Source: Octopus vulgaris (taxonomy: Eukaryota). From it: DNA of 64,000 nt. The stretch is from contig OX597819.1 of assembly GCA_951406725.2 (NCBI GenBank), positions 54,188,001-54,252,000 on the forward strand, read 5' to 3'. The position numbers and the translations under genes are program-made. This document shows, piece by piece, positions 18,861 to 32,989 of this stretch; position 1 is the stretch's first letter; each line of letters opens with the position of its first letter. The notes under the pieces were generated by a model. That model searched no databases, was not told the DNA's origin, and saw only the letters and a list, made by a program, of their open reading frames with translations.

Positions 18861-20789
18861 TCATCTAAACCAACATTATGAATCTAAAACCTTAATTTCC
18901 AGTATTTATAACCTTCATCTTTGAAGTGTGAGGTGATGGGTGAACAGAAGCACCTCTACAGGCTTGCTCAACCTATCAGAAATAGTCAAATTCTTTTCAA
19001 ACTACACCATGCCATCTTAAAGAAAAAAACAGGTGATAATGGGTGTACTACTTTGATCATAGGTGTACTTAATTAGAGCAGGCATGTGGTTAAACGATAA
19101 GTATGGACTAACTAGCCAACTAGGAGCATCAACATGATCGCTTAACCTTCTAGAACTAGCCAAATCTTCACTAAATTACATCTTAACATCTTAGAGAAAA
19201 TAAGATTTGATAAGGTGATATCCTATGAATATGACAAATTGAGCAAATTTTGAATGTCTTGAGTGACCACCCTGCAAGCTAAAGGTGCAGTTGATCCATA
19301 GAATATTTGTTAGCTAATCTATCACAATTGAATTTCTTAGATTGTGAGACAGCTTCTTCACTTGCCTTGATCAAAACAAACTATGTCAATACTATCCCAA
19401 TCATGTCTGAACTTTTCTCTTAGAAGAATTTATTATTTAAATGGCTTGAAAATGTTATCATTTTTTGCTAGTTCTTTATCAAATATCTGTGTATAAGCTT
19501 TGTTGCATATTGGGAGCTATCAGCCCTGAGCCCAGTCCAATGCAGTTATATCCAATAGTGAATGCTATGGGTAGGGTTTCTAAATGTTGTTAATTAAGGT
19601 AGTATTTTAGCTGTTCATAGTAGGAATGCAAATATTTTAAGGTTATGAATTAGCAATGGATCACATTAGAGTAAATTATAGTGATCATTTCTTTGAAATG
19701 AATTTTCCTACATAAACCCTCATAGAAGTCATTGGAATAATTATGAAAAGTTTGATTGTCCTATTGTTGTTTAACCTCATACCCCAGATATAGCTTTGTT
19801 GAACAGACTATAATCAAAGGCTTTTCAGCTGCCAACTTTCCCATTATTTTGTATAACTGGGACTATGTTGTCAAGTACATCTTTTTTTTTGTTTTTAAAT
19901 TGATAGGATGTGATTTGAGGAAATTTGGCTGCTATTTATATGAGATAGATTCCCTTGTTGGCTTATTCCATATCTAGTGTGCTAAGCTGAGTCATTATCA
20001 AATATTTGATTGGTTAACTTGACCTGGTTATAGATTACAAATGACATAAAAGGTACCAACTATTTTTATTGTTGTTTTACTAGTTAAGCAAGCTAAATAC
20101 TATTGCCAAAATATTGCAGCTGGAAACTTGTCTTATTGTCATGGAAATTAATGTATACTCTAAAAACTACTGTTTTATTACTGTTGGTATTTTTCTTTTA
20201 TGGTTGTATGTCATAAGAAGCAACTAAAAGGGTTCACATCAGGTAGAGCGTCCTGCCTCAGAAAAATCTGTCCAGTGCATGGTAGCATAGAAAAGCAGAC
20301 ATAGATGTTGATATTGATTGAAGTTTATAAACTGAAATTTTCTGCACTCAGGTTAAGCTTTTAAGTGAAATGGTTACTTGGAACTATTTTGTTAATTTGA
20401 TTGTTCTGATGTGCTAGTAGAACAATTTTCATTTTGTGTAGAATATTAAATATTTATGAATGTCTGCAAGTTCTAGTTTATAGCATGAACTTTAGAGTTA
20501 AAAACAATGTTCTTTTCAATAGTGGCTGCTCATTAAAGGAGAACAGCATAAAACAAATTTTGTTTGGCAATGTTTGTTATTAGGATTCATTAAAATGGTG
20601 TTAGCATTTTGGAGATCAAGCTTTTTGATGCATTACACTTAAAATGATACATTTTAAAGAGATACAAAAAGAATAAAGGTGATATTAAAATACTGTTAAA
20701 AATCTGAATTTCAGTAGACAGAGTATACAAGATGTTACTCATGTTGAGCTATGAGATTTTCTAATGTTATGTTAGAACAGCTCTTCAAT

Positions 20790-21800
20790 TTTTACCATGA
20801 CTGATGAATTAAAGCCACATGGTTGTGTCAAATTTTGCAAGAAACTTGACAGCCCCTTGAAGTGCTTTGTCAGGCTTTAAGTGAACATTCTTTAAATCAA
20901 TATAGGTTTTTGATTGGCACATGTATTTCAATAGCTATTGAGTTTTCTAGTTAATGAGCATTCAGGGTGATCAATCACTAGCAAAATGTCAGAAAATGTG
21001 GAAAATAAATTGTGAATTCATCCACGAGGAGAGATGTTGAATAGTCAATCAGCTAACTCCCTCATGTAACTAGAGTTAGTTCTCATGCTTGCTACAGGAG
21101 ATTCTCATGGAAAACTTGAGCATGCATTGTATTGTTGCAAAGTTAGTCTCCACCACCCAACCTGATTCTTGATCAAAAGTAGGAGCATTTTGATGTGTGC
21201 CTTGAGTTTTAAGAGAAGGCTAATACTAATCCAGCTTTCATTCTTAGTCATCATGGATCATGAAAGTTGAGTTTATGACTATTGTCCAAAAACAAAATGA
21301 CAGTGTAAGAGCCCACTGACACAAAGATTAAAGAAAGCATGGCAGGTTTGTAGTGAAGAACATGCTCATTGTTTTATATCACTTCAAATGCAGTATTCAC
21401 TGAGAATTTGTACCTGCCAGTGATACAAGGAATTCTGACATATCCTGTTGTGTTTTGAGATACTTGATCTAAGATACACAATGAAAGAAAAAAAAACAGA
21501 ATTATAGTGCAACAACAGTGGGCTGTTGATTCACATTAATATTCATTATGTAGTTTTTGATAAAGAACAAAATGGAGATTGTGCCACATCCTCTGTACTT
21601 GCCTGACATCATTCCCAGTGACTTCACCGTGTTTCCCAAAATAGATTTGAATTTGAAGGAATCCCACTTCAGGAAGAGGACTTCCTTGATGCTTTTGAAG
21701 CATGAAAGATGTGCTAGGATGCTGTGTACTTTCTCAAAGGGAATATTTTGAAGGGAAAGGTACCCTACTCTAATGTCTTATTTATTGGAATACTGGTATA
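20790..21800 (+). mobile_element. Decayed mariner (Tc1/mariner) transposon
   Basis: Frameshifted transposase motifs KFCKKL, AKLV.P (WVPHEL-like region) and VPHPLYLPDIIPSDF.VFPK (YSPDLAPSD motif; ORF 21557-21751). TIRs not clearly recognisable. Confidence 0.75.
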
Positions 21801-22826
21801 CAGTTTTTAAGCCCCACCTATATATGAAGAAATCTATTTTGTCTTTCTAACAAAAATAGCGAACCAACTGGCCTTTTAAGGCAGTTGACCCAGTTCAAGT
21901 TAAGGCTATGAGAGAAAATTGATTTTGTTGCACTTTTAATGTGCATGTATGTTTGCAGTCTGGGATTGAATGAAGGACTATAATAAATTTTGAATGGTAT
22001 TGTGGTAGTGTTCAGGGTTTTGTTAATGCATTTGCATGTTTTCCAATGGTTATATTTATAGTTGCCTGTGTTTTGACCTTCTACATCCTCAAATACATGT
22101 CAGACATCTAAGTAGATTTGAGTTTTAAGTACCTTGGCTTTGATGTATATGGCATATCTGAAAAATGGATTCATTATCTGATTATGGTAGTATTTTTTGT
22201 AAGTCTTTTTTTTATTGTAGTTAATTGTGAGAAAGGTTAAGGGTGGGAGGGTCTGACATAACTCAATGAACTTAAATTTTTTTTTTTCCTTATTTTTGCC
22301 AAATATTGTGCTGGTGAGTGGATTATAAGGAGGTACATTTTTATATTTTGTTTATGTTCTTTGCATATTATGGCCATGACACTACTGTTGGATGTAATAT
22401 TATGGCAATGTTGGATGTAATGCTTAGAGTTTTTAGTCATTATGGGTATTGAGATATTAACATAGTTGCCTGTGGCATGGCATGAAGTGGTGCATTCTCT
22501 TAATTCAAGAGTACAGTGTTAGTTATGTCTAACTGTTAACTTGTTATGTTAACAGTTGGGGATTTGTCCACGTAGAGTTGAGTTAATGTGTTGGAAGTTT
22601 GTACATTCAGAGATTGAATAGAACAGGTGTTTGTGGGAAAACCATGAATGTGTAAATATGAGCGGTCTTGTTTAGCAAAAATAAGCTTTCCCCCTTGTAG
22701 GGTAGCTGATTGATCACACATTTTGTGTTATTTTTCAGTACTATTTTCTTTAGTGATGAGTAGTTAACTGGAAAATAGAGCATTAAGCTTTACTGATGTC
22801 TTTCTTTAAAGTTGGAATAGTGTGTC

Positions 22827-23274
22827 ACCACCACCATCATCATAACCTCCACTTTTCCTTGTTTGCATAGGTCAGATAGAGTTTATTGAGACAGCTTTTT
22901 TTACCACCAGCTGCTCTTCCTGTCACCAATCCTCAACTATTTCCAAGCAAGGTAATATTTTCCTGTGACCAGACATGTTCCCGGAGAATATTGGAAATGA
23001 ATGACACTGCTTGCATTTTAGTAACAACTGTTTTATGACTATCATGCGATGACAAAGCAGAGAGATACAAGCATATATACCCTCCCTCACAGGCACATAT
23101 ATACATTTGGGGGTGTGGGTGTGTTTACATACATACACATGAACAAGTCTGCCAAATCCGCTCACAAAGCTTTGGTTGACTTGGGGCTTTCAGTAGAAGA
23201 CATCCCAGTGGAACAAAATCTAGAATCATGTGGTTGGGAAGCAAACTTCTTACCTCACAGTCATGTATGTGCCT
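22827..23274 (-). mobile_element. tRNA-derived SINE with RTE-like 3' tail, decayed
   Basis: Head on - reads ggcacatacatgactgtgaggtaagaagtttgcttcccaaccacatg; (CAT/CAC)n tail at 22827; same layout as the 18372 and 37715 copies. Confidence 0.7.
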
Positions 23275-23718
23275 AGTTGTGATAATACTATTTTCCCATA
23301 TTGGAACTATCCCATATAGATTAGAGAGGAGTTTAACAGATAAATAGAAATACTGAAAGCAGTGTGAAGTGGCAGCAGCAATGTAATTTCAACGACACAT
23401 CTTTCAATATTTTGAAATGTTTGGTGTAACAGAATTACAGGAAAAGGAATTTGATTTTGAAAACAGTTTTATACTTTAATAAACAAAATTTGTAGCTGAA
23501 TTTTATACTGCTTTAATATTTGGCAGTTTAAATTATTTTTTGGTGATGATATTTATGACAACTTGTGGTCTTTAGTTAATGACCTAATTAACTTACAAAC
23601 AGCATATGATAGCTTTAGGTTAGAAACCCTATAGAAGTAACCAATTAAAATTTGTAACAAAGGCTTGTGTTATGCAACTGGTTAGACCAAGACCTGAGTT
23701 TTTAAATTAAAGCTTTAA

Positions 23719-23939
23719 CTCTTTAGCATTTTAACCAGTCATATCTAGCTCAAACATTCTATCTTGTTTTATGTTAAAATTGGCCAGATTCAACCTCTTG
23801 TACCTACCCTACAATGTTACTCTAAATGGAAGCAATCAGATCAACAAAATCTCAAAGCTACAAGATAAGCTACAATTAATTCAAAATAATGTAAATAAAT
23901 AAGCATTACATTTGGTAGAGTAATCTGAATGCTAACGAG
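23719..23939. mobile_element. piggyBac-like MITE
   Basis: TTAA|CTCTTTAGCATT ... AATGCTAACGAG|TTAA: terminal inverted repeats with TTAA on both sides. Confidence 0.75.
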
Positions 23940-26349
23940 TTAACATTTTAAATGATGTAAAATTTAATATGGCTATCAATTTTGAACAGACAGTCATCTC
24001 ACCGATAACTCGTATTTCTGAAATATTAGTTTCAAATTATTTGCAAAGCAAATGAAACTCCTGTTAAGAATTATAACCTGTAATTAGTGGTTTGGCACAA
24101 GAGACTGATAGAATAAGTACTAAGCTTACAAAGAATGAGTCCTGGGGTCGATTAGTTCGACTAAATGCAGTGCTTCAGCATGACCACAGTCAAATGACTG
24201 AAGCAAATAAGAGTAAAAGTGTAAATACAGTTTATTCAGTGGCTTCATACTTTACATTTTGTATTATATTTTTTCTTTCTGAATTAGTTTTAAATGCTTT
24301 TATTTTATTTTTTTTATTAGTTCAAGCAAGACTAGTATAGTTCACTGCTGTAAACCCTAACCTATAAGCTGGCCATATTGAGGTGCTAACTTTCCTTCTG
24401 GCATCCCATAGCAAAATGAATGTGAAGTGTGGCTCTTTGACATTCTTTGGAATATCTGCTAACAATGCACATGCTTATTTATATGTTGGGATCCATTCCA
24501 GTACCACGCTCTCTAAGTGATCAAAAGAAATGTCTTCATTTTTATTCCTTTTGTTTTCTCTTTATATCCCTTCAGTGTAATTGAATTTTTTACTATTTAC
24601 TAAATGATTTCTATTGACTGGTTCATTCTATTTTCTAATTAGATTTGTACACACAAATTTCTAAAAACGGTTACTGGAACATAGAAGATAGCAAGGAACT
24701 ATACTTCGAAGTTAAGTGGGCTATCAGTGACATTGAAAAGGAGAGTTGCAAGCCTTTCTATGAGCAATTACTGAAGAAAGTGTATGCATGGGATATTAAG
24801 TCTGCTACCAGTTGAGTCAACAGAGGTCATCTGTAGAAATAGTAAGAGACTATTTAGGGAAGAAAAATACATGGTAATAGAGAAAGCTACAGAACCTTCA
24901 GATATGGATGCTGCTAAGATAAAGGCATCAGAATAGGTTGGTGTTATATTAGTTAATTTTTTTTTTATCAAATATATTCCCAAAGATGACACCAAGTGTA
25001 AATAGGGCAAGCTGAAGAAGGAAAATTACCAGAACTTAAAATTAATGAGTTAAGTTGGGAGTCAGTGCATGTTGGTTATGATGCAGCCAGATTTTGAAGT
25101 AAAATATTTACCATTAATATTATGATCCATGTGAGACAGTTGAAAGAGAAGTTCTTGGTTCTAATAAATAAATCTGTCTTATATTATCGAGGTCTTTGAT
25201 AATCTCGGTCAATGAGAAATCTATTTGCAAAAGTTATTCAGGCTATGACAAAAGTTTCTCAAGTTTACACTTATTCGTGAGCTATTACCAGTGTTTAACA
25301 TTTTTCATATAGCAATACTTTATTATGAATGACATAGTATGGTTTTGCTTAGTCTTGATGGGTGTAACCAACCTTTATGTTGATAGAAACCAATATAAAG
25401 TGCTTGTATCAAATTTTATTACCATTTGATCCACATCATGGCAGTGATGAGCCTGGTATGTCAGATTACACAATCTTAATGCTTGTGTGTCAATTTACTT
25501 TGTTGGACATATTCTTTGTAATATTACTTGAAATTCATAGCTTCTTGCATTCTTATTGAGACATGGCTGAAGTTTTTGTTTTTATGTAGTGTGTCCAGGA
25601 AAATTAGTTTGATGCAGTTTATCTTACATTGATTATAGCTATACATAAAGTATGATGTGAATAGAAATATCTCAATCAAGGATTAAAACTAGGTCATAGC
25701 TTGGTAGGCACTCCATAATAAAGAAAGCTCATGTATATATAATCAGATGTATATATACTGTAAAGCTAAATAATATCATGTATTGGGTAATGAAAAATGT
25801 AAGGAGTAGTTGAGTGAATTGTGAAAAGAATTAGGAATTAATGTTGCTTATATATATCTAGAAATATAGTTATAATAAAAAATGAATGAAACAAAAACCA
25901 CTTGGTATTTGAAAAATGGATTAGAAATGTTGCAGTGTTATAGATAACTGAAATTTGAATTAAACTGCATGATATTTTAACTGGTTGATTATAATCTAGC
26001 CAAAATGAAGCCTCTATACAGTTACTTGACCTGCTAAAAATAGCTGACATTTTAAAAACTCTACTGTTTTAAAAATGAGTAGATGAAACAAACAAGCTAC
26101 ATGTGTTAGGCCTGCTTGATCAGGGCTGGCCTGGGGCTATAGAATGCATTATAAAATTATCAATATTAATAAGTTTGCTAACACAGGGTTTTAGTTTCCC
26201 AACTGCATAATTTTAAATTTTTATTAGTTTACAAGTTTTTTCCTTTCTACTGTCACATTGCCCATGTTCTTCACAGGTTTCCCAAAATTGATGTGGTTGA
26301 TATGGTTTATGATCAGTTTTAACATCTGTACGTTACCATTTGCTGCTGA

Positions 26350-27750
26350 AACATGGGTGGAAAGAATTTCCAATGGGGTTATTTAAGGAAGGGACAGTTG
26401 GGTATAGGTGTTAAGTGTAAAGCCTAGGGGGCAAGTGATAAGTGTGTTGTATGGGCTTCAGTGGAACTCATAGGCAAGTAGCTAGTTCCAAGGAACAGAG
26501 ACCATTGTTGTAGTGATAATTTAAGCATGTGGGTAGGCTAGAGTATGTTGTCAGGGAGTCTTTACCAATCAATTTATTGGTTTTCTTTTAGATATAGTTT
26601 AGGATGTTTGTGTGAGTAATAGTAGTAGCAGCAGCAGTACTATTGTCTTAGTTGTGTTAGGAATATTTCATTTCAAGATATTTTTTGATCTTTATCAAAA
26701 TTCAGTAGCTGATCAGATTTGAAGTATTCTATAACCCTAAAGAAGAGGGGTAGTCTTTGAGATGCAGTTTTTGGTATTTTATGAAAATAAAATCTCCAGA
26801 GAAAATCACCAGTATTTATGAGGCTTAGCATTTGTAGTAATTTTGAGGGTTTGCATGTTGTCGAAATCTAGAGTGTGAGATGCAGTATTGTTTCCTTAAT
26901 ATGTGCAATGATGGTGTCTTTGTGCTGTTGAAAGGGGCAAGATTGTCATGTATCCACTGGGGAATGTTTTTAAGATCTTGTTAAAGTGAAAGTTTAATGT
27001 GGAGTACCCAGGTTGCATGTGGGTGACATCTTTGTGCAGAAGTTAAGAAAGAATGAAGGTTGGTATCATCTGTATGAGTGAAAGTTGTCAAAGTTGAGAG
27101 CAAATAGGTTGTTAATGTACTGACAGAAGCATGTGAGAACATAACCAAACCTCATGCACACAAGTTGATAGTGTGGGTCAGAGAAGAATCCCATCAGTGT
27201 ACACCATTAACCTCATAGGCAGGCAGATTAATTCAACCAGACATGGTCAAATGTTTTTGTAACAACATTGATTTTACCATATTTCTCAAGGTTAAGTGGG
27301 ATAGTGACATAGGTCATAGCTCCTTAAATTTGGCTCTACAGAAGCCACATATGTGTCACTGAGGTGGGAGATGGACTTGTGATACTGAAGGTGATTACTT
27401 AATGATTGTTTCCTGTTTTTTTTTTTTTCTTTTTTGATATATTAGAAGTGAATATGATAGATTAACAATTAACAGATTTTAAGATGCTGTACTTCTTAGG
27501 AATGGGACACACTCTGGCATGTTTCCAAAAATATGATAGAATTTTGTAGAGATTTGGAACTAGCAATAGTGTGTAATGCTTGAAGCTAATAGAAATGATG
27601 TTGTTAGGGTCAGAAGCCTTGTTGTTGAGGTGTTTTCATATTGTGTGTTTGTGGTATGATACTGGTAGAGAGAAGGAAAGTGTTGGAGTATGTAAATTGG
27701 AACCAACTTGGTGAGGAGTGATGGGCAGCAGGACATTTTAAATGTGATGC
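26350..27750 (-). mobile_element. Decayed LINE (CR1/L2/Jockey-group-like) RT remnant
   Basis: Minus-strand peptides YFWKHARVCPIPKK (~27490-27530) and KTFDHVW (~27230-27260) match RT pre-domain and AFD.V motifs. Confidence 0.55.
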
Positions 27751-27929
27751 AGACACTACTGGTTTTATTTCAGACCATAGTCTGAATAATTATTTTGTTG
27801 GACAGTTTGATTCTACATTTAGACTTCAATAGTCATTTCATCAAATTTTTCTTGCTTTGTTAATATTTTTATTATTGGAAGCATAAATTTATTTTATTTA
27901 AATTTTATAATAATTTTTGAGGTTGTTGA

Positions 27930-29200
27930 ATGTGGAGGAGTGATACTATGAAAAGCTACTGAATGTGGAGAATGCATAGGAGTGAGTGTTTGTATACCCA
28001 ATAGAGGTTTAGCATCCAAGTTGACAACAGTATGATAGATAGAGTAGTTAAGGATATGAAGTTAGGGAAATCAGCTGGTCTATAGGGAATAGTTTCAAGG
28101 TTGTTTAAAATATCTGGCACAGTAGAATATGGGCTAGACACTAAAATCCTCAGGGTGTCATGTTCAATGACTGGTTTTGTATTATCATAATAACCTGCTA
28201 TAGGGCAAAGACAATGCACTAGAGAGAGAGAGGAAACTGCAAAGACAACAAACTGTTGGACAAGGTTATGAAAGTTATGACAATACATAACTTTATTATT
28301 TCAAAATTTATTAGGAACAGGATTATCCTGAATGAGATGCTGTTCAGCCTTGTGTCAGGAAGAGTTCTACTGATGTCATTCCCAGTGATGCAGCTGCAGG
28401 AGAAATTCTTTGCTGAGAATAAGCCTCTATACCTTGCATTTGTTGACTTGGGAAGGGCCTTTGACAAAGTTGCTTGCTCTATGATATAGTGATTGGTAAG
28501 GAAGCTAGTGAGGACCATGCAAGCATTATATAGAAGTGCAATCAGCAGTATGTTCAGTGATTAATTCAATATGCAAGTAGAGCTCAATTCTCAGACCACT
28601 CAAATGGGGCAGTACGCACTTAGAGCACTCAGGAAATACTTGATCTCAAATGTCTGAATAACTCCCTAGAAGTCATTGATAGCATTTGTTACCTTAGTGG
28701 CTTAATTAGTTGTGTAGCAGGTAGATGTTTGGAAAGTGTAGTAGCCAGAATAAAAACTATTACCCCTACTGGCAACAAAGAGCTTTTTGTGTTGATTATA
28801 TGACACTTGTGTATGAAGTGTGGTCTGTGTAGCAGGAAGATATAAGTAGAGGACTTGCTAGGAAGAAACAATACAAGCATACTTTGCTGGATGTGTTGTT
28901 AGTATACACGAAAGATAGAATACAAATGAGGTGAGAAATAAAGAAAAAAAAAGGTATAAGAGAAATCAGATGTAACATGTAAGAGAAGACTGCTAGCATG
29001 GCCATGTCATGCATATAGTAGATAATATGGTAATTGTGTAAGAGGGAGATTAAGGAAGACTTGAAACAAAAGGAAGAGCAATCTTAAGTTATTTCATCTC
29101 ATGAAGATGACATGCGACCATGTTGATTGGCAACATGTGATGTTGAAGAAGGCCTGGTTACCTGTATGAGTTTGGGAAAATGTACATTGAAACAGTGAGG
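27930..29200 (+). mobile_element. Decayed RTE LINE, related to the element at 47290-50946
   Basis: ORF 28256-28489 QLQEKFFAENKPLYLAFVDLGRAFDKV aligns with QLQEKYLAKDKALYLAFVDMEKAFDRV of the young RTE. Confidence 0.85.
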
Positions 29201-29589
29201 TAGTAATGGAAATTGGGATATATTTTATGTATCTGCATTTGGGCCTTCATTTGTAGCTGCTAAGTCAATGTCAGCTGTCACTCTTGCATATGCAATATCC
29301 TTCCATCTCTCTAGCATCCTTACTCCTATTTACTGTATTATGTTGTCCATAAATTTGTTCATACTGTATTATGTTGCCCATTAAATTTGTCCATACTCCC
29401 TCCACTTTGCCACTACCATACCCTACAACTTCACCTTGCTGTATCTTTCCAAATTATGATGCTTCAGTGACAATACTAGAAATACTTTTCTTCTTCACTC
29501 ATCTCCTCCACCATACTCTTCTTCTCCCACCTTAGTTCATCCTCAGACACCCTCTACCTATCAATTCTCTTAGTCACATTGCCCTGAAT

Positions 29590-29895
29590 AAAGTGAAGAC
29601 TATATTGTCAAATACAAGGCAACCTCACTAGTGCTGGTGTCACAAACCATACCCAGTAAACTTTGAACAGAGACAACATAGGATCAAGAGGTACCACAAT
29701 GAATTATAACTGATACACTCTAAATGTTGGTGCTAGAAAGGGCATCCTGCTGTAAAAGCCATGTCAAAATAAACAACTAAGAAGTGGTTTGATGCCATAT
29801 TTAGGAGGAAAGAAAGCAAAATATTAATTTATTTGGACTATTAGGACTCATCCTACCCAAGTCAGCATGAAAAGTGAGTGTAAAGTTACAATGAT
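29590..29895 (+). mobile_element. Decayed RTE-tail-type repeat
   Basis: Contains gtgctggtgtcac, ttggtgctagaaagggcatcc and cagcatgaaaagtg, matching the RTE 3' tail. Confidence 0.55.
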
Positions 29896-31235
29896 GAAAA
29901 ATGGGAAATTTTAACTTAGGATTATAAAATCTTTTTAACAACTGGTTTATTAGTGTATTTTTAAGTTGTCATAATGCAGAGATAAAAATGTCCCGTAAGT
30001 CTTAAGTCCTTGGATCATCACCAAAGACTTAGATGTTAAATTACTCATTAGGCTTGAGAGAATCATTGAATGAGTAAGTTGACATCTAGTTAAAATAGAT
30101 TTCATTAGATATTTAGTCCTTCATATCAATTCATTAAGAATCTTTTAATGTCTAACAAATTGTTTTTCTTGAAAACACAACTTTTGACAGTTTTTACATC
30201 GTGAGATATTGTTTGATAACATTGTATGGTAGTGATGGATTTGAATGGTATTCTTAAAACTGCTGTTGCTATGAATTTCTATATCATAGTACATATACAA
30301 TAAAACATTAAAAAAAAGCAATATATTTATATGAAAATTACTGAACACAACTCATTATATTTTTTCATTCTAAAAATATTACTTTTGTTCAGAGCATGCA
30401 TGTTTTGCAATACAGAGATTGATGTAGCAGAATGTATTATATTAAACATTAATTCAGCCTCATTTAAGAATAGATTTAATTTTGGCTTTGTTAAACACCA
30501 GTTTGTTTAGCTTTCTCAATTTTTCTCTTTCCACACTGATTTTCTGTTAAATGTGATCTTAGTGCCCTTTCTAAGGTAGCATAATATAATTGTGATGAAT
30601 TACAAACTTATAATTTTAAAATGAGTGTCAATTCTTGTCATTTAGTTATTGCAAGAACTCATTATTGGCTTAATGTTCATTTTCTACATTTATTAGACTA
30701 GCTTGCATAACAGCATATATTGAGCCAACCTTATCTCCTGCACCATTTCATTCACCAGCCATAAAATTTGTTGAAAGTATTTTCTTCCTAATAATTCTTT
30801 TTAATCTCAATATTCAGCTGTTGTAGACACCTTAAGTTCAAGAGTACTCGTGTTATCTAGTTTAAATTGCATATTCAACAGTTACTTGTTTCTCCTCGAT
30901 GCTGGTGAACTATTTTCACTGCTTGTATTTCGCACAAATACACCATAGAGTGGCTAAAACTGATAACCTTTTCTGTGAAGAGGGAATGTTTTGTTGTAAA
31001 ATGTAATTGAAAATCTCTAAACAAATTCTCATGACCACTGTATGTTATTGTAAATAATATTGAAAATGATATACTGTGATGATGATGAATGAAAATGCAA
31101 AACATTTTAAAAATTAAATGTGAAATGAAAACTTTTTTTATGAAACTAAAAGCTGTTTTTTTTTTTAAATTTCAGGCGAGGAAACACAGGCAGAATAAAG
31201 TGTTCCCTGTAAGCTGTATTAAAAATTGACAAATT

Positions 31236-32989
31236 ATGTCTGACTTAGAGGAGAGGTGTAATACGTTAGCTTACTCTGACACTGAGGAGAACTGTGATGT
31301 TAATCTTGAAGGAGCATGTGGGGGGGATATCTCTTTACGAGGATCCACCCTTAGCTTCGAGCAGTTGTCAGAGCATACTGCTGATGACACAGATAACTTG
31401 AGCATGGAAGTCAACCTCGGTGAGAGTGGTTCTCGTCAAGCCAGTGAAATTAGCTCTTTGTCATATCAAAACCTGATTGATGATGATGGGCTGGAAAGTA
31501 TGGGCTTACAACATGATAGTGATGAGAGTGGAGAGTCATGTATTAATGATTATCCTGATGTAGAGATTGATTTCCCTACCGATGATATGGACCATTCTGC
31601 TGACATTCTTGCTGATAGTCTCACAGAAAAGCTGTGCAAATGTTCTGGTAAGGACCTTGGTTCTCATCAGAACTTAGCTCCAGACATTCTTGGTCAGAAT
31701 AGTATTCATTCCAAGAGTGGTTCTGATACTCTTTCAGATGGAAGTGAGAGTGTTGGAGGAAGCCATCATTACAACAAACATTCTTCAAGACAGAAGGAAT
31801 TGCGTTCAGATATACTTGATGGGAAAGATGTGAAGCTGTTGGACAGGAATGGAATTCTCAATACTGCTGCTGATATTGGCTTAGAGAAACCCTGGGAAGT
31901 AGCAGTTAATCTTAGAGAAAAATCAAAAGACTCCAAGTACTGTAGTCCAGATGAGACTGTTAAAAAAAGGAATAGCTTAGAAATTCGAAACAATATTCCA
32001 ACAATTGGAGAAGTAAAAAATTATGATGAAAGAAATATTCCATCTTCAACAAAGTATAATTCCCAGGGTGCTAAACCTAAGATAAAACGTCAATCTCCAG
32101 GATTTGCAAGACGGGTAAATCATAGTAATAGTTCAGGTAGTTGTAGTGATCGAGATGGATCTAGTTCAGAACGAGAAACCCTTCCATATAATAATCAGGA
32201 CCTGAAGCAAATATCTCCCGTTGAGCAAACTTTGCAATCAGATCTAGATGTGACTATGCATAATGAAGTATCTAAGCCTGATAGAAATTCAGCCCGAAAG
32301 AATGTTAATATTGAAAATGAATACGATTATGTTAAGTATGCACGCATTCATCAGGGCAATTCTTATGTTGGAATGCGTTTAGCTTTTCCTAGCTCGAGTA
32401 TTAGTAGCAGTTCACCTGAAAGCTCTCGTGATTGTTCTCCTGAGAAAATCATTCATCAAAAGAACGGACCAGAAATTTCTGATCGTAGTCAGCATCAAGT
32501 GAGAGTGAGTGAAGATTGTTTAACTGAAATTCCTTTAAATAACACTGAACCTTTAGTGGTGGAAGAAAAGAGAGCATTCACACTGTCTCCTGAAAATACT
32601 GAATGTGATAGTGCTGAAGTGGAGAGTGTATTATCTGATGAAGAAAAGTCTAATACTGGTGGAATGCCAATTGTAGAGGATGGTTTATCTGGAAGTCAAG
32701 CTAGTGATGTTGATGAAGCATTCCCTCATGAATGTGATTCTCCTGCCAAGATGTTGCAGTTAAAGCAAAAGTCTGAGCTGAATCAGGAGATTAATGGCGA
32801 AGAAACTCATATAAATGGCAAAGGAAAAAGTATTGATACTAGTGGAATTAAAGATGAACTTGATGCCAAAGAAGCTCTTAATCATACCATGGCTGACATT
32901 AAGACTGCTATTCAAAAAAGTAAAAATGTCTCCCTAAAATCTTCATTTACTGAAAACTCAACTACGGAGGAACCAGTTTGGATCAAAAG
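31236..32989 (+). CDS. APBA1: First coding exon (exon 31176-32989) of a Mint/X11/LIN-10 (APBA family) adaptor; the PTB/PDZ exons would lie beyond the window
   Basis: Polypyrimidine tract and TTTCAG|31176 acceptor, in-frame TGA upstream of ATG 31236, 584 codons of acidic/Ser-rich sequence, donor AAAAG|GTCAGT. The end MADIKTAIQKSKNVSLKSSFTENSTTEEPVWIKR resembles, from memory, Mint1 DIKEAIEEVK...EPKEPIWVMRQ (CASK-interaction domain). Vertebrate APBA1 also encodes its N-terminus in one large exon. Confidence 0.7.

Noticed and set aside
24643-24940. Purine-rich, exon-like stretch
   Set aside because: Stops occur in all frames and there is no recognisable homology; cannot be called an exon or a TE.
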